From Phycisphaerales bacterium (lineage in GTDB: Bacteria; Planctomycetota; Phycisphaerae; Phycisphaerales; UBA1924), in the NCBI GenBank assembly GCA_965227775.1, contig OZ245777.1, positions 512,001-576,000 on the forward strand: DNA of 64,000 nucleotides, written 5' to 3'. This document shows, piece after piece, positions 46,492-56,164 of this stretch. The notes below the pieces were generated by a model. That model was not told the origin of the DNA. It was given only the letters and a program-made list of their open reading frames with translations, and ran no database searches. Made by a program: the position numbers and the translations under genes. The first letter of the stretch is position 1, and the number at the start of each line of letters is the position of its first letter.

Positions 46492-47694
46492 TCAGGCGAC
46501 CGCTGCGGCGACCTTCTTGGCCGCGTCGCCCAGGTCCTTGGCGGCCTGCAGCGTCGTGAGCTTGCCGCTGGCCTCTTCGAGGATCTTGCGGCCCGCGTCG
46601 ACGTTCGTGCCCTCGAGGCGAACGACCAGGGGCACCTCGAAGCCGATCTCGGTCGCCGCGTTCACGATGCCCTGGGCGATGACGGCACAGTCCATGATGC
46701 CGCCGAAGATGTTGACCAGCACGCCCTTCACGGCCTTGTCGTCCAGGATGATCCGGAACGCCTCGGTCACGGCCTCCTCGGACGCGCTGCCGCCGACATC
46801 CAGGAAGTTCGCCGGCGTGCCGCCCTCCAAGGCGATCGTGTCCATCGTCGCCATCGCCAGACCCGCGCCGTTCACCAGACAGCCGATGTTGCCGTCCAGC
46901 GCGATGTAGCTCAGGCCTGCCTCTTGCGCGCGCAGCTCGCTGGCGTTCTCTTCGCTCGGGTCGAACATGCCCTGCAGGTCCTTGTGCCTGAACAGCGCGT
47001 TGTCATCGAAGTTGAACTTGGCGTCGATGGCCAGCAACTCGCCGTCGGGGTGGGCCTCGCTGGGCGGGGTGACGATGAGCGGATTGATCTCGGCGATCGT
47101 GCAGTCCTTCGCGAGGAAGGTCTTCGACAGCGCCATCATCGTCTTGACGGCCTGGCCCACCAGCTTGCCCTTGAATCCAAGCGCGAACGCGACTTTGCGT
47201 GCCTGATAGGGCTGCAACCCCAGCAGGGGGTGCAGCCGCTCCCTGACGATGGCGTCGGGATTCTCCTCGGCGACCTTCTCGATCTCGACGCCACCCTCGC
47301 TGCTGGCGATCAGCACGTGCTGCCGCGTCTTGCGATCGGTGGTAATGGCCATGTAGTACTCGTGAGCGATGTCCACGCCCGCGGCCATCAGCAGCTTGGT
47401 GACCTCCAGCCCTTCGGGACCGGTCTGCACGCTGACCATCTTGTTGCTCAGCATGAACTCGGCCGCCTCGGTGGCTTCCTTCGCGGTCTTGACGAGCTTG
47501 ACGAAGCCCGCCTTGCCGCGCCCGCCAGCGTGCACCTGGGCCTTCACGACGGCGAGCTTCTGGTCGCCCATGTCCTTGGTGACGTCGTCGAACACGGCCG
47601 CGGCCCGGCTTGCGTCCTCGATCACGACAGCCGGCGGCACGGGCACGCCCGCCTGGCTGAGGATGTCGCGGGCCTGGTACTCGTGGATCTTCAT
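46492..47694 (-). CDS. sucC: Succinate--CoA ligase subunit beta
   Basis: [46 protein letters not shown]. Confidence 0.98.
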   Translation of the reverse strand: MKIHEYQARDILSQAGVPVPPAVVIEDASRAAAVFDDVTKDMGDQKLAVVKAQVHAGGRGKAGFVKLVKTAKEATEAAEFMLSNKMVSVQTGPEGLEVTKLLMAAGVDIAHEYYMAITTDRKTRQHVLIASSEGGVEIEKVAEENPDAIVRERLHPLLGLQPYQARKVAFALGFKGKLVGQAVKTMMALSKTFLAKDCTIAEINPLIVTPPSEAHPDGELLAIDAKFNFDDNALFRHKDLQGMFDPSEENASELRAQEAGLSYIALDGNIGCLVNGAGLAMATMDTIALEGGTPANFLDVGGSASEEAVTEAFRIILDDKAVKGVLVNIFGGIMDCAVIAQGIVNAATEIGFEVPLVVRLEGTNVDAGRKILEEASGKLTTLQAAKDLGDAAKKVAAAVA

Positions 47695-47815
47695 GGACGG
47701 GGCCTCCGTGCCGGGGTGTGCGCATGGCGTCGGCGGGTTTGTTGGTGCTGAGCGCAGGATAGGCGGCGGCCGTGGACATCCCGCGTGGCACTCGGCTCGC
47801 GACAGGGCCCTCGGG

Positions 47816-48412
47816 TCAGGATCCGTCCGGAACGCTGACCCCGAGGTGGCTCAGCAGGTGGTAGTACGCGATGACGGTGAGCACGCCCAGGCCGAGCACG
47901 ACCAGCGTGCGGTGCTTGAAGCCGTGGCGGTGGTGCTTCTCGCGGTTGGCGTGCGAGGTCACGTCCATCATCTCGTCGCCGAACCAGATGGACAGCGCCG
48001 TGCCCAGGGCCGAGATCAGCAGGATGCTCCAGTACGGCCACGGCGTCGTGAGGATGGAGTACAGCAGCCGCGTGATCGGGGCGTCCTGGTAGCTGTCGGG
48101 CGCCACGCCCACGGCCACGATGTTGATCGCCACCGCGAGCACGAAGACGACCGCCTGCGTCACGACCATGCGGACCTTAAAGAGCAAGCGGACCGGGAAC
48201 GCCACGAGGAAGCCCCCGTCGGCGATGGGCGTGCACAGCACGAAGAAGCTCCAGCTCAGCACCGCGAGCCACGCGCCCGTGGCGGCGTCGTACTTCCAGC
48301 TCATGTAGCCGAAGTACGCCACCAGGATCAGGATGAGCGCCGCGAAGCGGAGCAGGCTCTCGCGGTGCGTCTGATGGGCCTTGTGGTCGAACTTCGTTGC
48401 TCTGGTAGACAT
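47816..48412 (-). CDS. Multi-pass membrane protein with His-rich loops
   Basis: [16 protein letters not shown] motif; about 5-6 TM segments; start ATG 48412. Confidence 0.75.
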   Translation of the reverse strand: MSTRATKFDHKAHQTHRESLLRFAALILILVAYFGYMSWKYDAATGAWLAVLSWSFFVLCTPIADGGFLVAFPVRLLFKVRMVVTQAVVFVLAVAINIVAVGVAPDSYQDAPITRLLYSILTTPWPYWSILLISALGTALSIWFGDEMMDVTSHANREKHHRHGFKHRTLVVLGLGVLTVIAYYHLLSHLGVSVPDGS

Positions 48413-48440
48413 GAGATCACGCTCGGCAACCGCGGGTTGG

Positions 48441-49067
48441 TCACGATAGGGCCGACGCGCAAACCGAGGGGCTGCCGCGAGCGCCCCACCACCGCCACGC
48501 CACTCGCGCCCCCAGCACGACCGCGCCGTACACCAGCGCATTACCCAGCAGACCCGGCCACAGCGGCAAGTAGGGCACGAGGTACGGCCGCCCGAGCAGC
48601 CCGATGACGCGCTGGCCGCGCGACTCGGTCAGGTGCTGCGGGCCCAGCACCTGCGCGCTCTGGCCGTACGCCGCGCGCCACGGCCAGCCGACCTGGGACT
48701 CCGAGCGGGTGCGCCGCCGCCCGTCGAGCGCCGTGCGGAGGCGCGGCGGGCGCACGTCCTCGGTCGCGTCGCGCGCCTCGGCCGACCAGGCGAGGCGGAG
48801 GGTCGTCGCGTCCTCGGCCAGCGGCTCGCTGGTCGTGAACCAGACGGTCGCGACGAGCAGTTCGGTCCGCCGCGTCAGGATGACGTGATCGACGGCTTGA
48901 CTTCCCGCGTGGTCTCCGGCGTGCCCCTCAACATGCAGCGCATCGTTCACGGGCACGCGCTCCCACGACGCCGGCACGTGCTCGGCAACGATCGCGAGCA
49001 CCGGCACGCCCAGCACCGCCAGTACGAGCCCGATCGCCAGGCTCTGCGGGACGAGTCTCGGTGTCAT
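48441..49067 (-). CDS. Membrane protein, relative of 51717..52424 lacking the zinc ribbon
   Basis: GWPWRA and PLWPGLLGNALVYG match GFPFRS and PLWWGLIGNVAVYG; ATGA overlap with the upstream gene. Confidence 0.65.
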   Translation of the reverse strand: MTPRLVPQSLAIGLVLAVLGVPVLAIVAEHVPASWERVPVNDALHVEGHAGDHAGSQAVDHVILTRRTELLVATVWFTTSEPLAEDATTLRLAWSAEARDATEDVRPPRLRTALDGRRRTRSESQVGWPWRAAYGQSAQVLGPQHLTESRGQRVIGLLGRPYLVPYLPLWPGLLGNALVYGAVVLGARVAWRWWGARGSPSVCASALS

Positions 49068-49840
49068 GGACCGGGCGTCCATGGCACGTCCTGACCGGGT
49101 CTGGTGCGATACTGGATGACAGGCTTGGCACGACCATTCTGTACGAACATGCTGAGTATGGTGCCATCATCCGCCTGGATATAGAACTCCCACCTGCCGT
49201 CATTCCTGTACAGACGACCATGGATGTTCTTTTCGTTATCAACGAGTTGGAGATCTCCGACCAACAGAGTTGGTATCTTCTCCTTGCCTTCCAACATGCG
49301 AGCTTGCCGCTTCAGGCCATCTAGTACATCACCGATTTTCTGCAGCTCAGGGTCTTGCTTGATTTGCTCAAGCATGACCTTTAGCCTCGTGATGTCAGCG
49401 TCTGAAGGCGTCGAATCCAATGCACGGTACATCCCTTCTATTCGACCACGGGCTTCAACCAGTACCAACTGCGTTTCTTCCAAGATGAGTTGAGACTTGC
49501 CGAGCTCCTTGTTGGCGCTTGCCACCTCTTCACTTACGCCGCCCAGTAGTTTGACAGCCGCGTCCTTAAACTGCTGGTAGTCTCTGGTTTCTACTTCGAT
49601 CTTTTTTTCCACCTTATCGACTGCGGTTCGCTCGATCGCCTTGTACAACAGCCCCGCGACTATCAACACTGTTGCAAATCCGGAGAGAAACCCCGCAACC
49701 ATCGACCAAAACTGCTTCCACCTTCTCTCAACAAGATCTGATTTCCGAGTCGCCTCAACCTGTGCCCATCTTTGATACACCTCCTGGGTGATGTGATCGA
49801 GGATCTGCTTGTCCGTCAGCGGCTCTTTCTCCTTCGCCAT
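49064..49840 (-). CDS. Low-GC hypothetical protein, single TM + coiled coil
   Basis: GGAGG RBS at ATG 49840; TM FWSMVAGFLSGFATVLIVAGLLY; line 49561-49620 is 25/60 G+C. Confidence 0.7.
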   Translation of the reverse strand: MAKEKEPLTDKQILDHITQEVYQRWAQVEATRKSDLVERRWKQFWSMVAGFLSGFATVLIVAGLLYKAIERTAVDKVEKKIEVETRDYQQFKDAAVKLLGGVSEEVASANKELGKSQLILEETQLVLVEARGRIEGMYRALDSTPSDADITRLKVMLEQIKQDPELQKIGDVLDGLKRQARMLEGKEKIPTLLVGDLQLVDNEKNIHGRLYRNDGRWEFYIQADDGTILSMFVQNGRAKPVIQYRTRPGQDVPWTPGP

Positions 49841-50038
49841 CGCACGACCTCCTTCGCATCGTCCTTGTACACCCGAAGCGGCCCGACTCCCTGCGAGCCG
49901 CAGCGTTGGGTAGGCCGATGTGCCGCGCGGTTCCTCTTGTTCAGTCGCAGTTGCGTTTGTCGAGACCACCCAGAATGCGTGACCGGGCGATCAAGCGGCT
50001 CTCCCATCCGCCCCAGTGTTCACCAAAACCCCCCAAAA

Positions 50039-50122
50039 CAGGGGGCTGGCCGCTCGAAACCGAATTTGCCCCGTCCGAGGCCGAATCTTGACCGAGCCAA
50101 ACTCCGCTTGGACCGCGCTGAA
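50039..50122. repeat. Degenerate 21-bp tandem array (4 units)
   Basis: cagggggctggccgctcgaaa / ccgaatttgccccgtccgagg / ccgaatcttgaccgagccaaa / ctccgcttggaccgcgctgaa; C1, CCG12-14 and C17 are invariant. Confidence 0.55.
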
Positions 50123-50264
50123 TGGGGGTCGTTGTTCGGTGCAGTCGTGCGCGTGCACCGCATGGGACGCCCCACGCGGCATCTGGCGCGCCTCGGTTCC
50201 TAACAAGAAGCCCCGCTCCGGCGCATCCGTGGGCACGGAAACTTTTTTCGCGATTTCGCACAAC

Positions 50265-50296
50265 TCGGACTCAAGCCGGTTCCCGGACCGCTCGAT
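50265..50296 (+). promoter_or_regulatory. Promoter-like motif shared with 10489..10520
   Basis: TCGGACTCAAG-N16-TCGAT, 119 nt before ATG 50416. Confidence 0.55.
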
Positions 50297-50415
50297 ACCT
50301 CCCGTGCAGCGGGACGCGACGCGAGGCCACGGTGGCCGGCGGGCGGGCCCGGGCGACGCGCTCCGATGGATTGGACACGCGTCCAGAGCAGCCTCAGACA
50401 GGAACGGACCCCGCC

Positions 50416-51081
50416 ATGAGCACCATCCCACAGAGCTACCCCGCCGCCATCGACTGGACCATCGACCACCTGGCGAATTGGCCCAACGACCCGACCGAGA
50501 TCGGCCTGGACGCCGCCCGTGTGCTCGAGCTGACCCAGCTCAAGGACGTGGCCGCCGCCGCGCTGGCCAACGCCCGCCAGCTCGACGACGACAAGAAGGC
50601 CGCCTTCGAGGCGTACAACAACGCCGCCAAGGCCATGCGCGACTACGCCAGCCAGTCGGTTGGCATCATCCGCAGCTTCGCCAAGGCCAGCGACGACCCG
50701 TCGGCCGTCTACAGCCTGGCGCAGATCCCCGCGCCGGCCGAGCCGAGCCCGGCGCCGGCGCCCGGCGTGCCGTTCGGCTTCAACGTCAACCTGCTGCAGG
50801 ACGGCGCGATCGAGCTGAGCTTCGAGTGCGACAACGGCGGCGAGGGCGGCGTGAGCTACGAGGTGCGCCGCCGCGACGGCACCGGCCAGACGGCGCCGTT
50901 CAACTTCGTCCTCAACGCGACCGAGCGCCGCTTCGTCGACGACACCATTCCGCCGGGGACCCCCACCGTCACGTATCGCATCGTCGCCTTCCGCACGACC
51001 GGCCGCGGCAACCCGGCCGTGTTCCTGGTCAGCTTCGGCGCGGGCAACTCGGCCGAGGTGATCTCGACCGAGGCGGCCTGA
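50416..51081 (+). CDS. Hypothetical cytoplasmic protein: helical N-domain + Pro-rich linker + FnIII-like domain (paralog of 9669..10370)
   Basis: AGGA RBS; WPNDPTEIGL, VYSLAQIP, YEVRR, DDTIPPGT...YRI; no signal peptide; ends EAA. Confidence 0.85.
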   Translation: MSTIPQSYPAAIDWTIDHLANWPNDPTEIGLDAARVLELTQLKDVAAAALANARQLDDDKKAAFEAYNNAAKAMRDYASQSVGIIRSFAKASDDPSAVYSLAQIPAPAEPSPAPAPGVPFGFNVNLLQDGAIELSFECDNGGEGGVSYEVRRRDGTGQTAPFNFVLNATERRFVDDTIPPGTPTVTYRIVAFRTTGRGNPAVFLVSFGAGNSAEVISTEAA

Positions 51082-51109
51082 AGCCGAGGTTGTTTTCTCC
51101 GCCCCGAGC

Positions 51110-51152
51110 CACCGCGGCGGGCCGTGCGTTCCCCGGCCCGCGGCGGTGCTTT
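51110..51152 (+). terminator. GC-rich stem-loop after the FnIII-like gene (terminator or mRNA stabiliser)
   Basis: CACCGC-G-GCGGGCCG...CGGCCCGC-G-GCGGTG followed by CTTT (short U tract). Confidence 0.45.
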
Positions 51153-51230
51153 CGTGCGCGCACGGCGCTTGCGCGGCACGAGGCCCGGCCGCTAGCATGC
51201 CCAGCGAGGAACACAGGAAGGAACACCGCC

Positions 51231-51695
51231 ATGCACCCAATCCTCATCCGCCGCACGCTCACGATCATGCTCGCGCCACTTGCCCTGCTGGCCGCCTGCA
51301 CGACGACGAACACGGCCGGCGACGCCCCGCGCGTGGAGTACCTCGAGATCGTGACGCCGCAGGCCGACGCGACCTGCAGCGTCCTGGCCGAGATCCGCGG
51401 CGTCGAGTTCGGCGAGCCGATTGCCGAGCTGGGCGGGGCGCGGCTCGCACCCCTTGTTGAGGGTGGGGCCGGCGGCGGGAGCATCGCCGTTCGCGGGCCA
51501 CTGCGCCCAGACGAGGCGCCGGTCGTGCGGCCGTACCTGCTGGTCGACGACCTCGACGCGGCCGTCGCCGCCGCGCGCGAGGCAGGCGCCGAGATCGCCA
51601 TCGAGCGCATGCCCATCCCCGGCCGGGGCGCCATCGCGATCTACATCCTCGGCGGCATCGAGCACGGGCTGTGGGAGGCGCAAGACGAAGGCTGA
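51231..51695 (+). CDS. VOC/glyoxalase family protein with a lipoprotein-like signal
   Basis: LLAAC; YLEIVT, PYLLVDDLDAAVAAA...GAEI, IPGRG, IEHGLW. Confidence 0.8.
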   Translation: MHPILIRRTLTIMLAPLALLAACTTTNTAGDAPRVEYLEIVTPQADATCSVLAEIRGVEFGEPIAELGGARLAPLVEGGAGGGSIAVRGPLRPDEAPVVRPYLLVDDLDAAVAAAREAGAEIAIERMPIPGRGAIAIYILGGIEHGLWEAQDEG

Positions 51696-51716
51696 CACCT
51701 TCGACGCGCGTTGTCC

Positions 51717-52424
51717 TTACGGATCTACGGGCACTGGGCGCGCACCGTGCGCCTGGCCGGCCAGCCCACACTCCGGGCACGCCTCGAGCCCGGCGAGCTC
51801 GTACCCGCAACCGACGCACCGACCGCGCTGGCGCCGAAGCGCGCGGCGCACACGCGTGAAGAGCCACACGAGCAGGAACGCGCTCAGCCCGTAGACCGCG
51901 ACGTTGCCGATCAGGCCCCACCACAGCGGGCGGATGGGGATGAAGATATCGCGAGCGGGCGCGGCCATCGGGATGCGGATGATGCCATGCCAGACGTCCG
52001 TGGGCGGGCCGCCATCGAACAGCGAGCCGGCCTTAACGTGCCACCCGCACACCGAGCGGAAGGGGAAGCCTGACCACCATACCTCGTACCGGCCGTCTGG
52101 CTGCGCGAGCAGCATCGACTCGAGCCGCTCGGGCATGCCGATCTGTCCGGGGGATGACACGCGGTACCCCCCCACGATGGCGACGTACCGCATGGGCTCG
52201 AAGTCCGGGTGGCCCGGTACGACAACATCGACCCACGCTCTTGCCGACCGCTGGGAGAACGGAACGCTGGGGTACGGGTCCGACTCCTCAAACGGCGATG
52301 CCGCGAGCACGGTGACCGCTGACACCAGCACGCCAACCAAGGCATACACGGCGACGAGCTGCGCCAGCCGTGCCGGCCAACCACGGCGCGACAGATCTCC
52401 AGCGTGCCGTCGGCGCTCGGACAT
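51717..52424 (-). CDS. Membrane protein with C-terminal zinc ribbon
   Basis: Two TM segments; RRQRGRCVGCGYELAGLEACPECG. Confidence 0.8.
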   Translation of the reverse strand: MSERRRHAGDLSRRGWPARLAQLVAVYALVGVLVSAVTVLAASPFEESDPYPSVPFSQRSARAWVDVVVPGHPDFEPMRYVAIVGGYRVSSPGQIGMPERLESMLLAQPDGRYEVWWSGFPFRSVCGWHVKAGSLFDGGPPTDVWHGIIRIPMAAPARDIFIPIRPLWWGLIGNVAVYGLSAFLLVWLFTRVRRALRRQRGRCVGCGYELAGLEACPECGLAGQAHGARPVPVDP

Positions 52425-52427
52425 CGC

Positions 52428-53066
52428 TCACTCCAACGCCTTCTTGCCCCACGGCAGATCGAACCGGTCCCGCGTGGTGCAATAGCTCGGCCCACCCATA
52501 CGCCCGAACGCGGCGAGCTTCGAGGCATCGGCGTGGTGGCGCTCGTTCACGAGCCCCTCCATCGCGTGCACGCGGACGACCTCGCCCAGCACGAGATTCC
52601 CGCTCGAGGGCACGCCGGGGTTCGTGCGCACGACCTGATGCGTGACGCACTCGAACGCCGCCGGGCATTCTGCCACGCGCGGCGGCTTCACGACGCTGCT
52701 GGCGATCGGCGTCAGCCCCGACAGATCGAACTCGCTCTGGCCGTGCGGCAGGGGCTCGGCGCACGCGGCCATCTGGCGAGCGATGGCTTCGGTCACGACG
52801 TTGACGACGAACTCGCCCGTGCCGCCCTCAGACTCCGGCAGGCAGTTGCACAGCGTGTCCTTGTCTTCGCCCGCCTCATCGGCAGCCGGGCAGAACGCGA
52901 GCATCATCGGCTCGCTCCCCACACCGCAGAAGAAGCTGAAGGGCGCCAGGTTCGTCATGCCATCGCGTGAGATGGTGGAGACGAACGCGATCGGGCGGGG
53001 CACGATGAGGCCAATGAGCAGCTTGTAGCGATCGCTCGCGGCGAGGTCTTGCGGTGTGAACTCCAT
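52428..53066 (-). CDS. Flavin reductase family protein
   Basis: IVPRPIAFVST, NLAPFSFF, KDT..N, GEFVVN, PPRV.E, GRMGG..Y. Confidence 0.92.
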   Translation of the reverse strand: MEFTPQDLAASDRYKLLIGLIVPRPIAFVSTISRDGMTNLAPFSFFCGVGSEPMMLAFCPAADEAGEDKDTLCNCLPESEGGTGEFVVNVVTEAIARQMAACAEPLPHGQSEFDLSGLTPIASSVVKPPRVAECPAAFECVTHQVVRTNPGVPSSGNLVLGEVVRVHAMEGLVNERHHADASKLAAFGRMGGPSYCTTRDRFDLPWGKKALE

Positions 53067-53117
53067 GCCGCGAGCGTACGCCGGGTTGCGGATGCCAACC
53101 GGGCCACCAACTGGGCC

Positions 53118-54416
53118 TCAGCGCCGGCGGCGGCGGGGCGTGTTGTTGTTGCCATCCTGCTCGCGATCCTCACGGCTCGACTCTGCCGTCTTGGCGGTGC
53201 TCGTGACGTCGAAGAGGATCATCTGCTCGGCCCGGCTGGGCTCGGCCGGCGTGGCGAAGATGCCCCAGAAGCCCGGCGAGTTGTACGCCTTGACCGTCAG
53301 CGGCGGGTGCACGTGGTGAGCGAAGGGCGCCCAGTAGCGGGTGTCGTCGATAGTGCCAAAGCCGTCCCAGGACTTGCGGAGCACGTCGATGTCGGAGATA
53401 TCCGGCGCACGGCTGGACGAGCTCATCATGCCGTTGAGGTCGACGGGGATCCAGGTCGTCCGCCCGTTTTCAACAAGCGCGAACTCGACCCAGGCGATCA
53501 TCTCTCCCTCGCGATCGTTGCGCTGCGTCAGCACGTCCTCGTCGTCGGCCCGGGCATCGGCGATGATGCCGATGACCATGCGCGCCGGCAGGCCCGCTCG
53601 CCGCATCGCGTACACGAGCAGCGCGCACGTGTCGAACTGGTTGCCGCGGCGTCGCGAGAACGTCGTCGGCACGCCGTTGACCTCGATGCCCTCGATCTCG
53701 CCCGTGCGCGCGGTGTTCAGGCCATCGCCCGAGCGCGAGCGCACGTGGGCCCAGACCGCGCCCGTGAGATACTTCGCGACCAGGTACGGCGGCACGTTCT
53801 TCGGATCGGTGCCCAGGCGCTTGATGACGTTGTCCATCGATCCGGCAACGCGATCGAGCCCGCGATACTCCTCACCATCGAGGCCGAGTTCGATCCCGAC
53901 CTGGGGGTCGAGGGCGCTGAGCGCGTCCTCGGGCCAGTCGCCGCTGGGCCACTCGACCGCGATGGCGCGATCGTCATCGACCCTGACGTCGTAGGACGTG
54001 ATGCCGATCTCGGTGACGACCTCGATGTCGCGGGCCGTGCCCCCCGCGATCGCAAAGCCAAGGTACCGCGAGCCGGCGTGCTCGTTGTCCAAGCGTCTGA
54101 ACGGGTCGGTGCTCGCGGGGATCGCATCTCGGTCGTTGACGCGCACCTTCATATCGACGCGGTTCTCGTGCACGCGGTGCATGCTCGTGCGATTCAGCAC
54201 CGGCACCACCACGGTCGCCTGCTCGAACTCCCAGTTATCGCGCGAGGCGCCGCGTTGCTGCTCGACGCTGCCGAAATCTTGCCAGGCGCGGATGTTGACG
54301 CGAAAGCGGATCGTCCAGTCGCGGCTCTCGCCCTGGCGCAGCACGCCCTGGGCCAGCACGCTGCTGGCGACGGTCATGCCGGCAACCGCGGCAACGAAGC
54401 GGATCGATGAGAACAT
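53118..54416 (-). CDS. Secreted transglutaminase-like domain protein (catalytic Cys/His apparently absent)
   Basis: RRGNQFDTCALLVYAMRRAGLPARMVIG, MIAWVEF, WIPVD. Confidence 0.75.
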   Translation of the reverse strand: MFSSIRFVAAVAGMTVASSVLAQGVLRQGESRDWTIRFRVNIRAWQDFGSVEQQRGASRDNWEFEQATVVVPVLNRTSMHRVHENRVDMKVRVNDRDAIPASTDPFRRLDNEHAGSRYLGFAIAGGTARDIEVVTEIGITSYDVRVDDDRAIAVEWPSGDWPEDALSALDPQVGIELGLDGEEYRGLDRVAGSMDNVIKRLGTDPKNVPPYLVAKYLTGAVWAHVRSRSGDGLNTARTGEIEGIEVNGVPTTFSRRRGNQFDTCALLVYAMRRAGLPARMVIGIIADARADDEDVLTQRNDREGEMIAWVEFALVENGRTTWIPVDLNGMMSSSSRAPDISDIDVLRKSWDGFGTIDDTRYWAPFAHHVHPPLTVKAYNSPGFWGIFATPAEPSRAEQMILFDVTSTAKTAESSREDREQDGNNNTPRRRRR

Positions 54417-54646
54417 GGAAGGGGCCCCCTTCTATTGCCCGACGTGTTGCGTGCCAGGCGATGGGCGATCGGGCGGGGCGGCGTCCGAGCGCCGCGCGAC
54501 CAAACACTGTACGGTCGGCCCCAAGCCGGGTTGCGGCTGGGCCCTTCCCACTCGCATGCCCCGCTCACATCCCGTGCGTGGCCCATACGATTCGAACGCA
54601 GCCCAAAAACGGGCCAATCCGTCCCGCAGCCCTTCCAGGAGCCCCC

Positions 54647-56113
54647 ATGACCGCATCGAGCACGATGACCGCTTCCAAGACCCGAACCGAGAAGGACTCC
54701 ATGGGCACGATGGAGGTGCCCGATGGCGTGCTCTACGGCGCCAGCACACAGCGGGCCGTGCTGAACTTCCCGATCAGCGGACGCCCGGTGCCCATGGCGA
54801 TCGTCCGGGCCTACGGCATGCTCAAGGCCGCGTGTGCGCGCGCCAACGCGGAGCTGGGCCAAGTGGACAACGATCGCGCGAGCGCTATCGAACGCGCCTG
54901 CGAGGCAATCACGAGCGGGCTGAAGGAGCATGGCGGGCTCGAGCGTCACTTCCCGGTCGACATCTTCCAGACCGGAAGCGGCACCAGCACCAACATGAAC
55001 GCCAACGAGGTAATCGCCAACCTCGTGTGCCTCGAGCGCGGTGCTCCCATCGGCAGCTCGAAGGACCAGGCCTACCTCGACGCCGGCGGCGTGCACCCCA
55101 ACGACCACGCGAACTACGGGCAATCGTCGAACGACACCTTCCCCACCGCCATGCACGTCGCCGCGGCGGTCGCGATCAAGAACGACCTTGTGCCCGCGCT
55201 CGACCGCCTCGCCGGCGCGCTCGAAGCCAAGGCCAAGGCGTGGGATGGCGTCGTCAAGATCGGCCGAACACACTTGCAGGACGCAACGCCCATCCGCCTG
55301 GGCCAGGAGTTCAGCGGATACGCGCGGCAGGTCCGCCAGGGCATCTCGCGTCTCGAGCGCGCACTCGAGACGCTCGCCGAGTTGCCACTCGGTGGCACCG
55401 CCGTCGGCACGGGCATCAACACGCACACCCGATTCGGCTCACTCGTCGCCAAGGAGCTGAGCAAGGCAACCGGATGCAGCTTCCGCGAAGCTGAGAACCA
55501 CTTCGAGGCCCAGCACGCCAAGGACGCGTTCGTCGAGACGTCCGGCCATTTGCGCACGATCGCGGTCAGCATGAGCAAGATCGCCAATGACACGCGCTGG
55601 CTGGGCAGCGGCCCGCGCTGCGGCATCGGCGAGTTGAAGCTTCCCGCCGTGCAGCCTGGCTCGAGCATCATGCCCGGCAAGGTGAACCCGGTGATCTGCG
55701 AGGCTGTCATGATGGTCTGCTGCCAGGTGGTGGGCAACGACGCGGCCGTCGCGATGGGCGGGCTGGGCGGCGTCGGCAGCCTGCTCGACCTCAACGTGGC
55801 GATGCCGATGATGGCCGCCAACGTGCTCGACTCGATCGAGCTGCTGGCCAACGGCAGCGACGTGTTCCGCGAGAAGCTCGTTGATGGGCTCGAGCCGGAC
55901 CAGGAACGCTGCGCGGCGCTGATCGAGGGCAGCCTGGCCATGTGCACGAGCCTCGCGCCGGTCATCGGCTATGACCAGGCCGCAGCCATCGCCAAGGAGG
56001 CCTTCGCCAGTGGCAAGACCGTGCGGCAGATCGCCACCGAGAAGAACGTGCTGCCCCAGGACGAACTCGACAAGCTGCTGGACGCGCGGAGCATGACCGA
56101 GCCGGAGGGCTAA
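54647..56113 (+). CDS. fumC: Class II fumarate hydratase
   Basis: RTEKDSMG, QTGSGTSTNMNANEV, QSSNDTFPTAMH, GRTHLQDATP, GSSIMPGKVNP. Confidence 0.97.
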   Translation: MTASSTMTASKTRTEKDSMGTMEVPDGVLYGASTQRAVLNFPISGRPVPMAIVRAYGMLKAACARANAELGQVDNDRASAIERACEAITSGLKEHGGLERHFPVDIFQTGSGTSTNMNANEVIANLVCLERGAPIGSSKDQAYLDAGGVHPNDHANYGQSSNDTFPTAMHVAAAVAIKNDLVPALDRLAGALEAKAKAWDGVVKIGRTHLQDATPIRLGQEFSGYARQVRQGISRLERALETLAELPLGGTAVGTGINTHTRFGSLVAKELSKATGCSFREAENHFEAQHAKDAFVETSGHLRTIAVSMSKIANDTRWLGSGPRCGIGELKLPAVQPGSSIMPGKVNPVICEAVMMVCCQVVGNDAAVAMGGLGGVGSLLDLNVAMPMMAANVLDSIELLANGSDVFREKLVDGLEPDQERCAALIEGSLAMCTSLAPVIGYDQAAAIAKEAFASGKTVRQIATEKNVLPQDELDKLLDARSMTEPEG

Positions 56114-56164
56114 GGCATCGAGCGCACGGCCCCGTCGACGCTGACCCGGCTGGACTACGCGTGC

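Noticed and set aside
54647..54682. MTASST-MTASKT duplication at the fumC start
   Set aside because: A short 18-bp degenerate duplication; it only makes the start codon ambiguous
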